Positions 38,162 through 53,140 of a stretch of DNA of 64,000 nt are shown piece after piece. Both the position numbers and the translations under genes were made by a program. A model generated the notes under the pieces. The model ran no database searches, was not told the origin of the DNA, and was given only the letters and a program-made list of their open reading frames with translations. Numbering within the stretch: the stretch's first letter is position 1; every line of letters starts with the position of its first letter. Origin of the DNA: Eledone cirrhosa (Eukaryota); contig OZ024750.1 of the NCBI GenBank assembly GCA_964016885.1, forward strand, positions 12,276,001 to 12,340,000, written 5' to 3'.

Positions 38162-41100
38162 CCATATGTATATATATATGAAATAGGAAAAGAGTTATGA
38201 CCCCGACGGCTGAGCTCCGGCCGTTTCGACAGCTAGATCTGAACGTATGTACATATATATATATATATATACATATATAAATGAAAGGTATAGAAAATAT
38301 TGTAGCAAAAAGCCATATATACATATGTACATATAGATATATATATAAACATACGTACATATATAAACATATGTACATATATATATATATATATATATAA
38401 ACATATGTACATATATAAACATATGTACATATATATATATATAAACATATGTACATATATATGTGTTTGTATATATATATGATTCTATGACTACCTAAGT
38501 TAAGACAATAAGAGTTGTCATGGTCCTTTGGCTTAATGGTTCAAAGCACTTCACCAGTATATTGCAGCCAATAGCAACTTCTTTTTCTGCCTCTAAGGGT
38601 CTTCATCCTATTTTATAGCATCTCTATGCATGAGCCCACCATATATATCAAATTGTTTCATCTAATCCTTTGTTTTTAGAATCTGAAGTCTTGATATTTG
38701 GTATTTGAGGACTTTATACCAATTTTATCATTGAAAACATTGTTAGGTGTAGAACTAAATGATTTTTATGTTCTTTTTTATGCTTTTTTCAACATTTTGT
38801 TTTAGAGACAATTTTTTTGTCATTTCAAAATATATTTGTCAGTCTTTGATTTACTTTACGGAATGGTTACATTGTCTCGCTAATGTTGGCTTACCACATA
38901 TATGGTTTAAAAAAAAATTTAGATTTTATTTTTTTTCTGATTAAATATCAAGTTGACTTAATATGATCAATTTAATGGAGGCCTCTGTGGTAGTTCACAT
39001 TGCAAGAAATGACAGTTAAATCTCTTTTGAATCTTACTCTGTCTTACAAAAAAAAAGGACACATTGGATATATTATTTGAATAAGATGAGGTGGTCATGA
39101 TTGGAATACCTTTAATCATAGGTCCCTTCAATCAGAACTGACATAAGAATCAACAACAACAGCAACACCTATTAAATCTAATTATACCTGCCCTATGCCT
39201 GCCCTATGGATGAAAGTTATTGAATGCAAAATACCTGCTATTAATAAAATACTTCTAGTCTAGGAGGATTATGAAAATATTGAATAAGATGTCTACTTAA
39301 AAAAAAATATTTTCTGGATAAAACTAATGGTTTTAACCATGAAAGACATCTATTGAAAATTTACTGCTTTGTTCTTCCCATGTTCTACAGTTAATAATAA
39401 TAATAATAATAATAATAGTTTCTTTATTAATGATAATAATAAAATGCCCTTTATTGAAATAATACTCTTACATTACTTTCGAATATGACATTTAGAATTT
39501 TATTATGCAAAAAAAAAAGCAAAAAAAAAAAGCAAACAAACAAAGAAAAAACAATTTTGTTTTCTTTCATAAGATTGTTAATGAAAATGACATTTGAAAA
39601 TATTAAGCTTTTCTATAAGCTAAATTCTAAATTAATTCCTCATAATTCAAGCATATAAATTAGCCATAATATTTCTCAGAAATAAAGTTAAAAATTGTGT
39701 AGACTCCTCAAACTACAAGACAAATGGATAATTAGATGAAATTTAATACAACATAGCTAACTACAAGAAATCCATATTTAACATGGTCTAGTTTTTCGTT
39801 TTTTAATGATCAAATCAACTGGATGTAGATGATTCATCAATTATTTATTTTTGACTATATGACTTGATTTCAGTACACATCAAGTATACCATTAGTATTA
39901 AATAGCATTAAATAGGTAACATTTTCCAGTATTTAAAATTTTGCTAATATCTTCTAAAACATAAATAAATCTCTCCAAATAAAAACTACATAATGTAGAG
40001 TAGTTAGTAAGCCAACTTATTTTTCACAATCTGTTTTGGTTTTGTTTTTTATTTATTTATTTATGTATGATTTCTGAAAAAGATTCCAACAATGCAAGAC
40101 TAGATATATATAATAACATGTCAAAATCAGAATCTTAGAGAAATATTCCATTTCCATAGCATGGAAATATTTAAAATATAATATAAAGTGACAAGATAAA
40201 TCATTGACTGTGTAATGTATGCTATTACATGCCTCTTGATAGATCTCACATCAGTTTAATGATTCATAGCTATCTCTGTTGATAACGACAAGTGACAGAG
40301 CAGTCGCAACTGAAAATGAGAATGTTTTTTATTTATTTCCTTGAATGCAATGTAAGAAAATATTAAGAAATAAAATTTTACTAAGTAGTTTTCTTTCCTA
40401 CGTAACAAGATAGAGATAAGAGCTATTTAATGTCTTTTGATTTAATATAGCTAAGTGGAAAATATCTAAGTGGTCCACAGTAAAATATTGAGAAAAATAG
40501 CCACAGATGAATTTAGTGAAAATAATTTTTTCTAAAAACTGAAGTCATAAAAATATTAAATTCGAATGCATGTAACATAAATCAGATATGTTTAAAATGG
40601 TCTAAAAATGGATTCCTATGTGTTATAAATCTTTATTTTTTTCTTACCAGCAAATGTTGTATTTTGAAATATTCTGAAAGCAATCTTAAGAGTCTTAGTA
40701 TCCTGGCTCTCCATTCTTAATTATTTATAAAATATTTCTTTTCGTTTCTGAAAGTTATATTTTTATTGTTAATTTTAAATATAGGTTCATATAATTATAT
40801 ATAAAAATAGATACATACATATATATATTTATGTTATAAATTTAAACTTGTCATTTATGCACATGATATATGCAAAAATGACAATCAACTTGTTTCCACA
40901 TATTCTTTCAAGGGGCTATATCATTATCATCATCATCATTTAATGTCCATTTTTCTCCTTCTCTCAACAACCACATTACAGAGTGTACTGGGTGTGTTGT
41001 ATCATGACAACTCCACAACACAATACTAGAGAGGTTGTCATACCCTTGGCACAATTGAAAAGTCTTATTCATTTTTGGCATTATTGCTGGATACCTTTCC

Positions 41101-41741
41101 TGTCACCAACCACCTTACAGCATGTACTTTAAATATATATGTGTATATATATATATATATGTGTGTGTGTGTATATATATATATGTATATATATATACAC
41201 ACACATGTATATATATATACTGTATATATATATATACATATATATATATATACGTGTGTGTGTATATACATACACATACATACACACACACACATATATG
41301 TGTGTATAAAGCAACATTGGTAACAGATACAAGAATTCTGTGGTCATCGGCCATCGAAATGGTCATACACAGTTTCAACCCTTACTGACAGTCCAGTCAA
41401 GGACATAATGTCAAACAAGATAGTTAAACAGGTGTATTTTATAAGATGAAAACAAAGCAGGCAAGGACAAAATATATAATTAAATGTTTGAGACATTTAA
41501 ATCGAATAATGTGTGATGAGAGGGTTAGACTCCATTGATGTATATGGCTGTCTATCTTCCTAGAATATACAAACTTGGGGATGAAATTTAAAAAAAATTG
41601 TATTAAGTTACTGAAAACTAATGTAAAGCTATCTTTCCTAATGTTACAAAATACAGGATTGTGATAAAACGTATTGCTAATTTGGTATATTCTTGAAGTT
41701 TTGATTTGTTGGTTAGTATTTTGAAGGTGTTAGTGACTTAA

Positions 41742-41955
41742 CCCTTTAGCATTTACATTACTCTCTATATACTATTTTGTGGTAAGGGCTTTATCTTGCA
41801 TAATTATCTCACATAATATTGAATCTATTATATTTTGATATTATATATTTTGAGAACAATACCTTAATGTAAGTACAAGCAGCTGGTTACGGCCAGTTTG
41901 AAGAGAAAGAGATGAGAGAATTCTGGCCAGATGTGGCCAGTTTAAATGCTAAAGG
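41742..41955. mobile_element. piggyBac-type MITE (family 1)
   Basis: TTAA|CCCTTTAGCATTTA ... TAAATGCTAAAGG|TTAA. Confidence 0.8.
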
Positions 41956-43834
41956 TTAAGTCAAAATTGATTTAAAACATACTGCAGTAAATCTTCCATG
42001 TTACAACAACAGCAAATTTGTGTAGAAAAATAACAATTTTAAATATTTGTGTGTGTCATATATGTATTAAGTATTGCTATAACTATTGAATTCTCTTCTA
42101 AATCCTGACAGCTTCAATAAAACTATTGTGGAAGTATGAAATTATAATCATTAATATACATAAAGTTGGTAATAAAACACAAATATACACATACAAATGT
42201 AGGCAGCTATGCATAAGTGTTCACAATATTCACACTAATAATTATAATTTTACATGAAAATAAGCTAATAAATAGGAGGAATCTCTTATGAAATTATATG
42301 AATTTTTAGAGGATTATGTAGTATGGGTGTTAGTTTGCTCTTGCATATATCAAAATAAAACATTGATAGAAATACAAGCAAATCTTCTTGTACAGTTAAT
42401 ATATATATAAATGCATGTTTATGTCAGTATGTACAGTCTATGAATTTATTAAAATAAATAAAAGCATTAAATCTATCTAACAGAAGAAACCAAAATAAAG
42501 AATTACAAGATTCATTCCAAAACATTTTTGTGTTAATAAAAACTGCAAATTTTTGCTGAGTTAAAATTTAAAAAAACATTGATAAATACTATTGTCATTC
42601 TCACTAAAATGGTGCCAGTTTAACTGAAGCTAATTTTCAGCACACACACTGCAGATAATATCTACCAGCACCGAAGTTTCTTTATATTAATGGCTAACGT
42701 TTTTCGTATCAATTTCTCTGGCTACAGACTGAATTCTGAATGTATCACATATAAATATGAAGCTTCCTATTTATAATTTGTTTCTTGCATACAAATCTGT
42801 TGTTATTTAAGATGTTTTGCTAGCATGTTCATGTAGTTCACATAATTATCTTCTTCTGAGGTATTTCCCTTTGCTACCAAATAAAATTTGTGTCTAACCA
42901 ATTAGAGGCATTCTATCTATTGATTTTTCTGTCTATCATGAAGTCACTGAATTTCTCTTTTGACATACATTGTATACTATACTCATTGGATTATGTAGAC
43001 TTATATTTGTTTGTTAATCTATTTTATTTCTGTTTCTATAATATAACAAATGAAATTGAAAGAGAGATAAGTAAATAGTAAATATTTTTTGGAGATCTAA
43101 ATTTTGAAAAGGAAATATCATGGTGTAATATCAGTTAGATTTAATGATAGTGAACTACTAAAAATTAGTAGCAGACTGGATATTTAAACAAACAGCTAGA
43201 TAAGCACTGTGATATAGTACACTTGAACATCTTGTAAATTGTGAAATAGATTTAGATTGCTATTTTTTTGTCATTTAATTCTAACACAAACTAATAACCA
43301 AGCAACATGTGGTATGATGGTTAATTGTTGTTGTTGTGCTTCTTGTCGTTTAATAGTCTCGGGTTGTTGTTATTGTTCTTGATTAATCCCAGGTCAACCT
43401 TAATTAAGCAGATATATGATTAAAAGCATTCTAACCATGGCAATCCCACCTTTTATACAAACATAACGTCTCTAAAATTATACAGACATATGATAAAATT
43501 CTGGTAAGTACATGTTAGATTACACTTCACTGAGGAGAATTAATAATGGTTTCTGATTTAAGCACAAGGCAAGCAATATTTTGGGGGAGAGGAAAGTTGA
43601 TTAAATTGACCCCAATGTTTGATTGGTGCTTTATTTTATCAACCTCGTAAGGATGAAAGGCAAAGCTAACCTCAGCAGGATTTGTACTCACAATGTAACT
43701 CGATGCCACAAAGTATGTTGTCTGCTCTATCAATAGAGGAGATCTAATAATACCAGAACATATCCAGAATTGTCAGTGTATTTACCAAAGATCATTCTCA
43801 CCCCAACTCCATATTCTCTTTTAGTTTTTAATTA

Positions 43835-44007
43835 CCATATTTCCTGGTGCCGAAGACACTTCATTCTCGAGGACGCACCCTAATTTTGACAAATTTGACC
43901 AAAATTTGAAAAAATATAATAAACAACCTTCGGCCTCCAGGAAGCATGGTAGATTTTTGAGACTTATTTTAGGAAAAAAGTAGTGTCCTCGACGCCGGGA
44001 AATATGG
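43835..44007. mobile_element. Tc2/pogo-type MITE
   Basis: ~26-bp TIRs CCATATTTCCTGGTGCCGAAGACACT and AGTGTCCTCGACGCCGGGAAATATGG, with TA on both sides. Confidence 0.85.
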
Positions 44008-46254
44008 TAGTTGAATTTTCAGAGCTCTCTCCTTTGTTTTTCTCATACAAATTCTCAAGTTAATGTTTTTTTACATTACAAATGTTATTTCAATTTACTA
44101 AAAATCATTTTGGGCTCACTGCATTATGTATGATAGTTAATACTTAACTAACTGAATATATTACTCTATTAAATGCCCCAGCCAAAAGGCTGAGGTCATG
44201 CTGGGGCACCGTCACAAAAAATGGAATCTCATGAGATTTATTATAGAAAAGATTTTGAATATTTAAGTAGTCTTTAATAAACATTTTTATGTTCTTGGTG
44301 GAAGAAAGATAACAAAAATATAATTTATTTTAAACAAGATTCCTTCAATAAGAATTTAGCCACCAATAACCAAAAGTAACTGAAGAGATAAAAATAACTT
44401 GTTTCTTATCACATGACATAAAATAACAGTTTGCTTTTATCAAATACAGATGCCATTTTGTTGGACAGTTTACATTGTCTTCAGAACTTCTTGAAATATA
44501 ATTCTAAACTTTTAAAATTTATTTGAAAAGATCATTTTAGAAGTTTAATTAAATTATCTTTTGTCATATAAATATTTTATTTTTTATTTTATATTTCCTA
44601 TTTAGCACAAAAGAAACTAGATTGAATCTAACAAGTCTATTTGAACAGGCAGCTATTAAAGTAGACAGAATTATTCTCAAAATGAAATCAATAATGTTTC
44701 AAAAATTCCATTTAGAGTTACCTATAATTCTGTTTAGAGTTATCTATTATTTGACACACACTTCAAGAGGTGCAAAATTGAAAGTTTGAAATTTTGCTAA
44801 TGTTTTTGCTATTAAGTTATCCGACACACTATCTCCTTTACTTTCTCAGAGTCAAGCAGACCAAATATATTATCCATTATCTCTTCTCTTGAATAAATTA
44901 CTTCTCTTAGCTGCTGCTGACATGTGAAAAGCTAGCTACCTTCATGTCCATTATAATATACAACAGAAAATCAAAGAATATTATTTAGGAACCATAGATC
45001 TGTAAACCTTATTAAGGCAATGTTTAAAATGCTGTGGTTAAGTATCTGGGCTTACTATCAATTTCATTGAAGTTGGATAGCTTCCTTAACTCTTAACATA
45101 CTGTACCACATGAAACTACATTAGCAAAACATTCTTGTAAAGTACAAAACAGTACTATGACTACATCACATTAACAAATAAATCCTTTACTTTAATATTG
45201 CAAATTTTTACAATGATCTGTCCACTAATAAAGGCACTATAAACATTCGAATTAAAAGACTGTTTTCAGACATTTTTCTACTAAATTATTATAGCTTGCA
45301 TTTACTTATGAAAAATTTATGTGAAAAAGTATGAATAGCCAGATAAAGGATAGAATACGTTTTAGAACTAATTTATACATGTCGTAATTATGTAATTTTT
45401 GTTACTTATAAATATATTAATTGCATGTGTTGCTATAGCTGCAGGATTTGGTAAAATATTTTTATTTAAAAATATTTATTGATTTCTAATTTAGACACAA
45501 GGCCACACATTTTGTGGTGTGAAGTAATTCCAGTATTTGAGTGGTATGTATTTTATTAAAGGCAGAAAGGTAAATTTCACCTTGATAGGATTTGAACTCG
45601 GGATGTAACTAAATACTAAATGCCATTTAATCTATTACACTGCCTTTCCTGTGACTTCACCAACAAAATATATTGATACTGAGACAAAGAATATTACTAA
45701 AAAACTGATTCTCATTAGAATGTTGTTAATTTCATCAATGGTATTTTTAGACAAAGTCAAGACTATAAATACTTTCTGATTCCAATTTCTTCAATCATTT
45801 CTGCTTCACCATTTATTGTTTTCTTTCTTAACTCATGTCTTGGTAATTTACTAAGAAACACTAGTCTGATCTAGGTGTAAAGTCTGTCACCCTCTCCCCT
45901 TCCTCCTTTCTTTCTTCCTTTGTTTAATTGTCCTTGCTCTTCCCCTCCTTTTCTTCTCATTTATGGCATTCATAGTCCTTTCCAATACTGCTTTCTTTTT
46001 CTGTCTGTTTAACCAATTTATAGTTCCATCAACAATAAATAAACACGATTATGCTAAAAAAAAATTATTATTTTTTTAAATTAAGCAAACTTATAATTGC
46101 TTTAGACGCTGGGTTAAAAATTCAATTTTTTTTTCAGTAAATTGTTACTGATAATCCACTTTCCACATGATATTCCCTAAATATTCTTCACAATAGGTTC
46201 TTTGTTCTTGTTAACGATCAGTTTCTCTATTTATTTATTTATTTTCAAACAACT

Positions 46255-46512
46255 GTTGATCTCACATTACCAGTCACAGTGATTGAACAAAGACACTAGC
46301 AGTCGTTGATCTCACATTACCAGCCCTGGTGATTGAACAAAGACACTAGCAGTCGTTGATCTCACATTACCAGCCCTGGTGATTGAACAAAGACACTAGC
46401 AGTCGTTGATCTCACATTAAGAGTCTAGATGATTCAACATAGATCCTAGCAGTCGTTGATCTCGCATTACTAGCCTAGATGATTGAACATATGAACAAAG
46501 ACACAAGCAGTC
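46255..46512. repeat. 50-bp minisatellite, ~5 copies
   Basis: Unit GTTGATCTCACATTACCAGCCCTGGTGATTGAACAAAGACACTAGCAGTC at 46255, 46305, 46355 and onward. Confidence 0.92.
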
Positions 46513-48785
46513 ACACATGTGTTACATGTTTAAGTGTTTTTCAGGGTAGACATCTGTACAGGAGATATTTTAACAAAGGATTGCTGTAACAGTAGTAGTA
46601 GCTATGTGGGTCTTGATAAACAGCTACACTGTATCCAACATCAGGATCTCTTTGTCAGTTAGTTTGACAGCTTTGTAATTGGCCCATAATCAGTAAAGTG
46701 TAGCACTATAGAAAAGGGTGTTTGGCACCATATTGCATATGCCAGCACTTATCAATATATCGATGAAAGTTGAATCAAATGCATTACTTTGGATAAATTT
46801 CCTATCCAATGACAAGTATTAATTGTTTGATAAATTATTCGGGCATTAATTTAAAAATAAATAAAACTATATTACATAAGTAACATCTGGTTAACAAAGA
46901 GCTTTGTTACATTTAGAGAAGAGTTTGTATTATTGAATATGTAATCGAAATTTATCATATTTTTTATTTTACTTTTGTTTCAGTAATTTCTTTTTTTAAA
47001 TAAAATATTTTTATCTATAAACTACATAATCATTATGTATTTATTCCAAACCATGGCATTCTCTAACAAATTATTCATTATAATCAGCAAAATACAAACA
47101 AGGATAAAAATATATATTGTATATCTTGAATCGACTTCCATCTACTGCGACTTGCAATAATGCAAGAAATTCCTGTCTCTTAGAGAGAAATAAGCTTTTA
47201 AAATATTAATACATAAAATTATTTGAAAACATGACCAATCTTTATGAGATTTGTGTTGAATTGAATAAAAGTTTATGAAAATATTGAGGAAACATTTATG
47301 CTAGCTGCTCACTCTAACAGATTTGCTACTAAATATAAGTGCTTTAAGAACATTTCTGGTATAGTATGTAGATTTATAAACACACCCACCCACCACACAC
47401 ACATATTTTCATATATATTATTTATTTATTTATCTTCATACACAGAACAAAAGTGCTACTCAAGGTTTCAAGGCCCAAATTTGACCATACCTCCAGAATA
47501 CAAGAGGCATCAAATTTGTGACCTTTCTTTAAGCGCTTATACAAGTTCATAATAGCGCTAGTGCCATGATAAAATGTATGCAGTCCACTCAGTAAAGTGG
47601 TAGTGTTGGTCTCACCAAATATTCTTCAAATTTCAGACTACTACCTTATGAAGGGGAAAGATCACATTAGGTAATGTAGTTCTCATACAGTAGGTCTGAA
47701 AACAAAGATAAGATGGTCACATATGAAATGCCTTTAATCTTAAGTTGGCTCACTCAAAGCTGATCTGAGGCTAAACAAAAACATCATTTCACTCGAGAAC
47801 ACTCAATAAAGACAGAAATATTTGAACTGTATTTCATAAATATAATTTCTAATAAAGGCTGAAGATTTAGAAACTACAGTAACAACATCTAAATAAAGAT
47901 ATGAAATCTATAAAAGGTGACATCTATAAGGTCAGCAATAAGACTTAACTTCTCAATCACACAAGAAAATGGACATTAATTCTTATATATAGAATAACAA
48001 CAATGAATTATTTCAGAGTAGTACTTGTCTGGCAAGTGACTTGATCTGAGAGCTTGTGTTGAAACTATAAGCAATTACAGCTTGGGAGATTCATTTTAGT
48101 CATTTAAAAACATTCACTAAAACTGTTTACATTATATATATCATTTATTTCTTGGTGTTAAAATGTTCATTGCACAGTCTAAACCCTGGTCTATGCTCTG
48201 GTAATTAACATAGAGTCATTGACCAGGATACAGACAGGTTATTAAACATTCTGACACTTGATATTAAATGATATATATAAAATAAAGATAACAGATTTTA
48301 TATGTTTTTAAATCATATAAATGTTTCTTCTACTCAGTAATTTAAACTACAATGAAGTTTAAGTAGAATGTAACTTTTCTCTTCAACTCTATAATCATTT
48401 GTTTTATTCCTAATATCAAAACCTTTTCTGAATAATATATTCTTTAAAATATGATGCTTTACATCTACTCATGTATAATATAGGCAGTGAATTGCAGAGT
48501 CGTTAGAACGTCAGATAGAATGCTTTCTGAGTTCAAATCCCGTCAAGGGTTTGTCACAGGCCAAATCAGTATTTAAAAAGAGCTACTGACCTATCAGTTG
48601 GGCCAGGAGCTGCATCTTGCTTACATGCATTCCTGCACTTTACAGAGTGTACAGGGTGCATTTCATTGTGGATCAACACTATGGTAGTTGTCATATCCTT
48701 GACATAACTAAAGAATCTTCTTGATTCTTTGTTAGGCAATTCTTCAACAGCCAGATGCACTTCCCATCACCATATATATATATAA

Positions 48786-48829
<44 letters not shown>

Positions 48830-49799
48830 ATACTATAAACATTTGAATTAACAAACATGTTTATTGTTTTAGATATTTTCTGTTAAGAGTTAATGTTAAT
48901 AATGTCATTCAGAAATAGAAATCTTTACAGATGAAGTCATGTTGAAATTCATTTATAAAGATGGAAAACTAACTTCTTATAAAAGAGTTTTAAGATTGGG
49001 TGGGATAAATCATTATGTTATTGGAAAGTTCAAAGTATGAATTCAACCTGATTACATTATAAAACAATTTAAGAACAATGTTTATGTTTCTTTATTCAAA
49101 AGATTTTAATAATAAAGAACAGGGAAGTTTAACTTCAATTCAATATTCTCTGACCTATGACAATGAAGCCAGTACAGCTTTTTTCTACTATGGCAAAGCA
49201 AATATCAGGAAAGCAATTTTCATTTTTGTTAAAAATAGACAATGACAATGAATGACCCTAAGTGCCTTCAGATGTTTTATGATATTTCAAAAGGTCATTT
49301 ATATTCTTGAAAAACATTGAAGTTTATTCTTGTAGCAATATTTTAGTTTCCAAGGAGAGTGTAAGGAGTATAAAGAGAAAGAGTTGTGTAAAAAGGTGCC
49401 AAGTGTTTGAAGTGGACAGAAGCCAAAAACAGAAAGAAACAAAGAAGACATGATAAAAAGTTATTAAGAATGATCTCAAGAAATTGAACTCCATGAAGGA
49501 AATGATACAAGATCATGCTGACTGTTCCGACAGTCTAAATTTTGTGACATTAGTATAGTACCTGTCAAAAATGATTCATACTTTGTAGTTATTGTTATTG
49601 TCTGAAGATAGGTACATTGGTAAACATACATAAATAGATAGCTATAGATAGAGAGATAGGTTGGTGGACAGACAAATAGATACACAGATAGATAGGTGAA
49701 TCGATAAATAAATATATAGATGTTTTTATTGTCCAAAGATCGATGGATAACTACTGTTATCATTGGTTAGGTAGGTAAATAAAACATGCTGCAAATCAA

Positions 49800-51240
49800 A
49801 TAAGAGATAACATGGCGGTTAAACAATACAGTAGATAGGGTATAAAAGCTAAGAAACAGGCCTGTTAGGAGTAGAAAGAAGTAGTGAGCAAGAAGTTATA
49901 TCAAAATGCTAGGCAAAAGACAAGAAATTTGATTACCTTGCCAGAAGAGAAGCTGATCATAGATTCACAAATACTTTTCATTATGGGAATGAAGAGAATG
50001 AAGTGTTCTGACCTGCCAGGTATTGTGTTTCTTTGATTCAGGTTATCATTTGGGAGAAATGTTTCTGTAATGATATTAAGAAGAAAAAGAGAATGAAAGG
50101 GCTACTGTAAGAATTGTTTGAATTCAGAATATGACTGTGATAGGTCTACGGTAAGTAGGGCCAAAACAATAGAGGGTACTTACTGAGGTGAACTTCAGTA
50201 TAGATAAAGCTAAGAAGATGAAATCGATGTAAGTATTGTGTCTATCAGAGATAGCAGCTGAGAGAGGTTTGGCAAATTAGTTCAAGATAAGATTAATATG
50301 GATAAAATGTAAATTGGGTTTGTGCCATGTTGTGGAACAATAAATGACATATTTCTAGTGGAAGTTCTGCCAGAGAAAATTCTTAGCAAAGAACAAACAA
50401 TTCTATTTGGCTATTATGGATAAGAATAAAGACTTTTACTGGTTCTATCACTGTGATCTGGTAAGTGTTAATGAAACTAAGGTTACTTGAAAGGTTTGCA
50501 AAAGATGTGAAAGTCATTTACGAAGATGCCACTAGTAAAGTGAGGATTAGCCATAAATGCATTGATGAATATAAAGCACAAGTAGGTATTTATTATATCT
50601 GAGTTCTCAGCTTTAACCTTTTATTTAATTCACTGAGTCTATAAAACAAGAACTGGGGAATACATGTCCTTGGAAGTCTTGTATTCTGATAACTTGGCTT
50701 CATATTTGGAATAGTTTAAACATAAAAATGCTTATGGCTAAAAGAGGGAAGGAAATTCTTGAGGCTATTTGACTGTGTTCAATATTTAGGAAATAAATTG
50801 ATACGAATTTGATACAATGTATTCAGTTCAAACACAAAAAGTGCAGTAGGATCCCTCCATTGACTGTTAAAAAACTAGAACTGCAGATATAGATTCACAG
50901 ATGTTGTTAGCTGTAATAATACTTTGGAAATTAAATACATGACTAATCAAGACAGCTCACAAGACATTGTTGCTAGATTCTCTTACCAATGTGATTAAAT
51001 ATAGTTAATATTGAGAATATAGTAGCTAAATTAAGTCAGCAGGGAGCAATATGAAGTAAACATATAAATTAGGATACATCATGGTAGCAATATTATGCAA
51101 TGTGTACAGAAGTTATAAAAAAAGATATCCATAATCTAATGGAAATATATAAAGGTGAGATATCCATAATCTAATGGAAATATATAAAGGTGAGACGAAA
51201 GAGTAGTTAAGAATTAAAGACACCTGATGAACAGATGAAG
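49800..51240 (+). pseudogene. highly degraded RTE reverse transcriptase ORF
   Basis: Remnants in the expected order: GFVP..GT.., EK.LAKNKQFYLA (~50310-50440), VG....VLS (~50580), CPW...YSDNL for YADDL (~50665), HKKCS (~50833). Many stops and frameshifts. Confidence 0.7.
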
Positions 51241-51485
51241 TATGATAGAAGTTTGTATTGCTATGGTTGTTATCAAGGCATGTGGTTTAATGGTGGTTTA
51301 ATGGTGATTTAATGGTGATTTAATGGTTATCATGTGGTTTAATGGTTAGAGAACTGGATTGTGAGGTTGTGAGTTCCCAGACCAGGCAATGTTTTATAGT
51401 CCTTGAGAAAGTAGTTTTGTTGATTGAATCATCTGGAACACTCGTCATTCGAAAACGATGGAGAACCAACAACAACATAATATAT

Positions 51486-51970
<485 letters not shown>

Positions 51971-52571
51971 CAGCATTTTAAAACCAATTATTGAAACATT
52001 ATCTCATAAAAGCATGTTGAAAGTTTTATTTTTGTTAAAAGTCTATAGTGAATTGATTTCAAAAACACTTGAAGCTAAAATCTAAAATACCATGACTGCT
52101 GATAATAATGTTGTGTAAAACTTGATTAAGAGTTACTTAGGAATGTAGGATTCGATATTTTTCAGACACTTCAGATATACAAGCGAGAGAGATAGTGAGA
52201 GTGGGAAAGAGACAGAGAGAAAACGAGATTGATTATTCAACAACAACTTATGTTTCTTAAAGATAAGCATCACTTAATGCCCTTGATTTCAAACTATGGT
52301 TTTAATAAAAACATATCAATTATTAAGAAGATTGATTTAAATAAGAATGTTTAAATTTCAACTTTATAGATTCCAGAGAAGTTTATGAAGCCTAATAAAT
52401 AACTGAAAATCCCAGATATTACAGCAAAATTCTGTTTAATTAATAATATCGATAGTACTAATAAGAAAAAAAAATATTCAAAATTCATTAGAAGGCATCA
52501 ATTAATAAATCATTTCAAATTATTAATTGCAAGGAAAAGAGCAGAATATAACTTTTAGAAAATACTTTTAA

Positions 52572-52792
52572 CCCTTTAGCATTCACATTACTCTATATTT
52601 ACTATTATATTTTTCCAGTAAAGGCTTTATCTTACATAATTATCTCACATAATATCGAATCTATGAGATTTTGATATTATTTATTTTGAGAACAATACCT
52701 TAACATAAGTATGTGTGGCCAATTATGGCCAGTTTGAACAGAAATATATGAGAGAATTCTGGCCGGATACAGCTGGTTTAAATGCTAAAGGG
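52572..52792. mobile_element. piggyBac-type MITE (family 1), best copy, 221 bp
   Basis: TTAA|CCCTTTAGCATT ... AATGCTAAAGGG|TTAA, i.e. 12-bp perfect TIRs and TTAA target duplication. Further copies at ~20295 (partial) and 63769-63986. Confidence 0.88.
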
Positions 52793-52835
52793 TTAAAACT
52801 ATTTATAATTTTTTCAAAACTACTTATATAAATTA

Positions 52836-53140
52836 TCTTCTTCTTGAGTCATCTGGTGTTTTGAAACTGCGGTGAGATATTGACAATTGACAAAGTTGAA
52901 ACTCCAGATCCCTCACTCGACCATTGCAGCATGGATATCCATTCCTTTCAGGCCTTTATCCATCTTGATGATTGATTTCAAGGTAATATATGGCTGGCAA
53001 CTCATCACTTTGCATCTGGAGTTCAGAAGAGCAATCTTCCAGCGGGTTCATCATGGCGAGTGACATGGCTGACAAGGGCCAGATGATGACATCTCATAAT
53101 ATCAGAGATGTGAGGCAGGGATCCATATGGATTCTTTAAC
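52836..53140 (-). mobile_element. degraded RTE-group LINE 3' end
   Basis: Minus strand LALVSHVTRHDEPAGRLLF*TPDAK...ITLKSIIKMDKGL...AM...IW with an (AGA)n tail. Confidence 0.6.

Noticed and set aside
46255-46512. CRISPR-like appearance of the 50-bp and 37-bp arrays
   Set aside because: Units are contiguous with homologous rather than unique spacers. No cas genes, and the context is eukaryotic.
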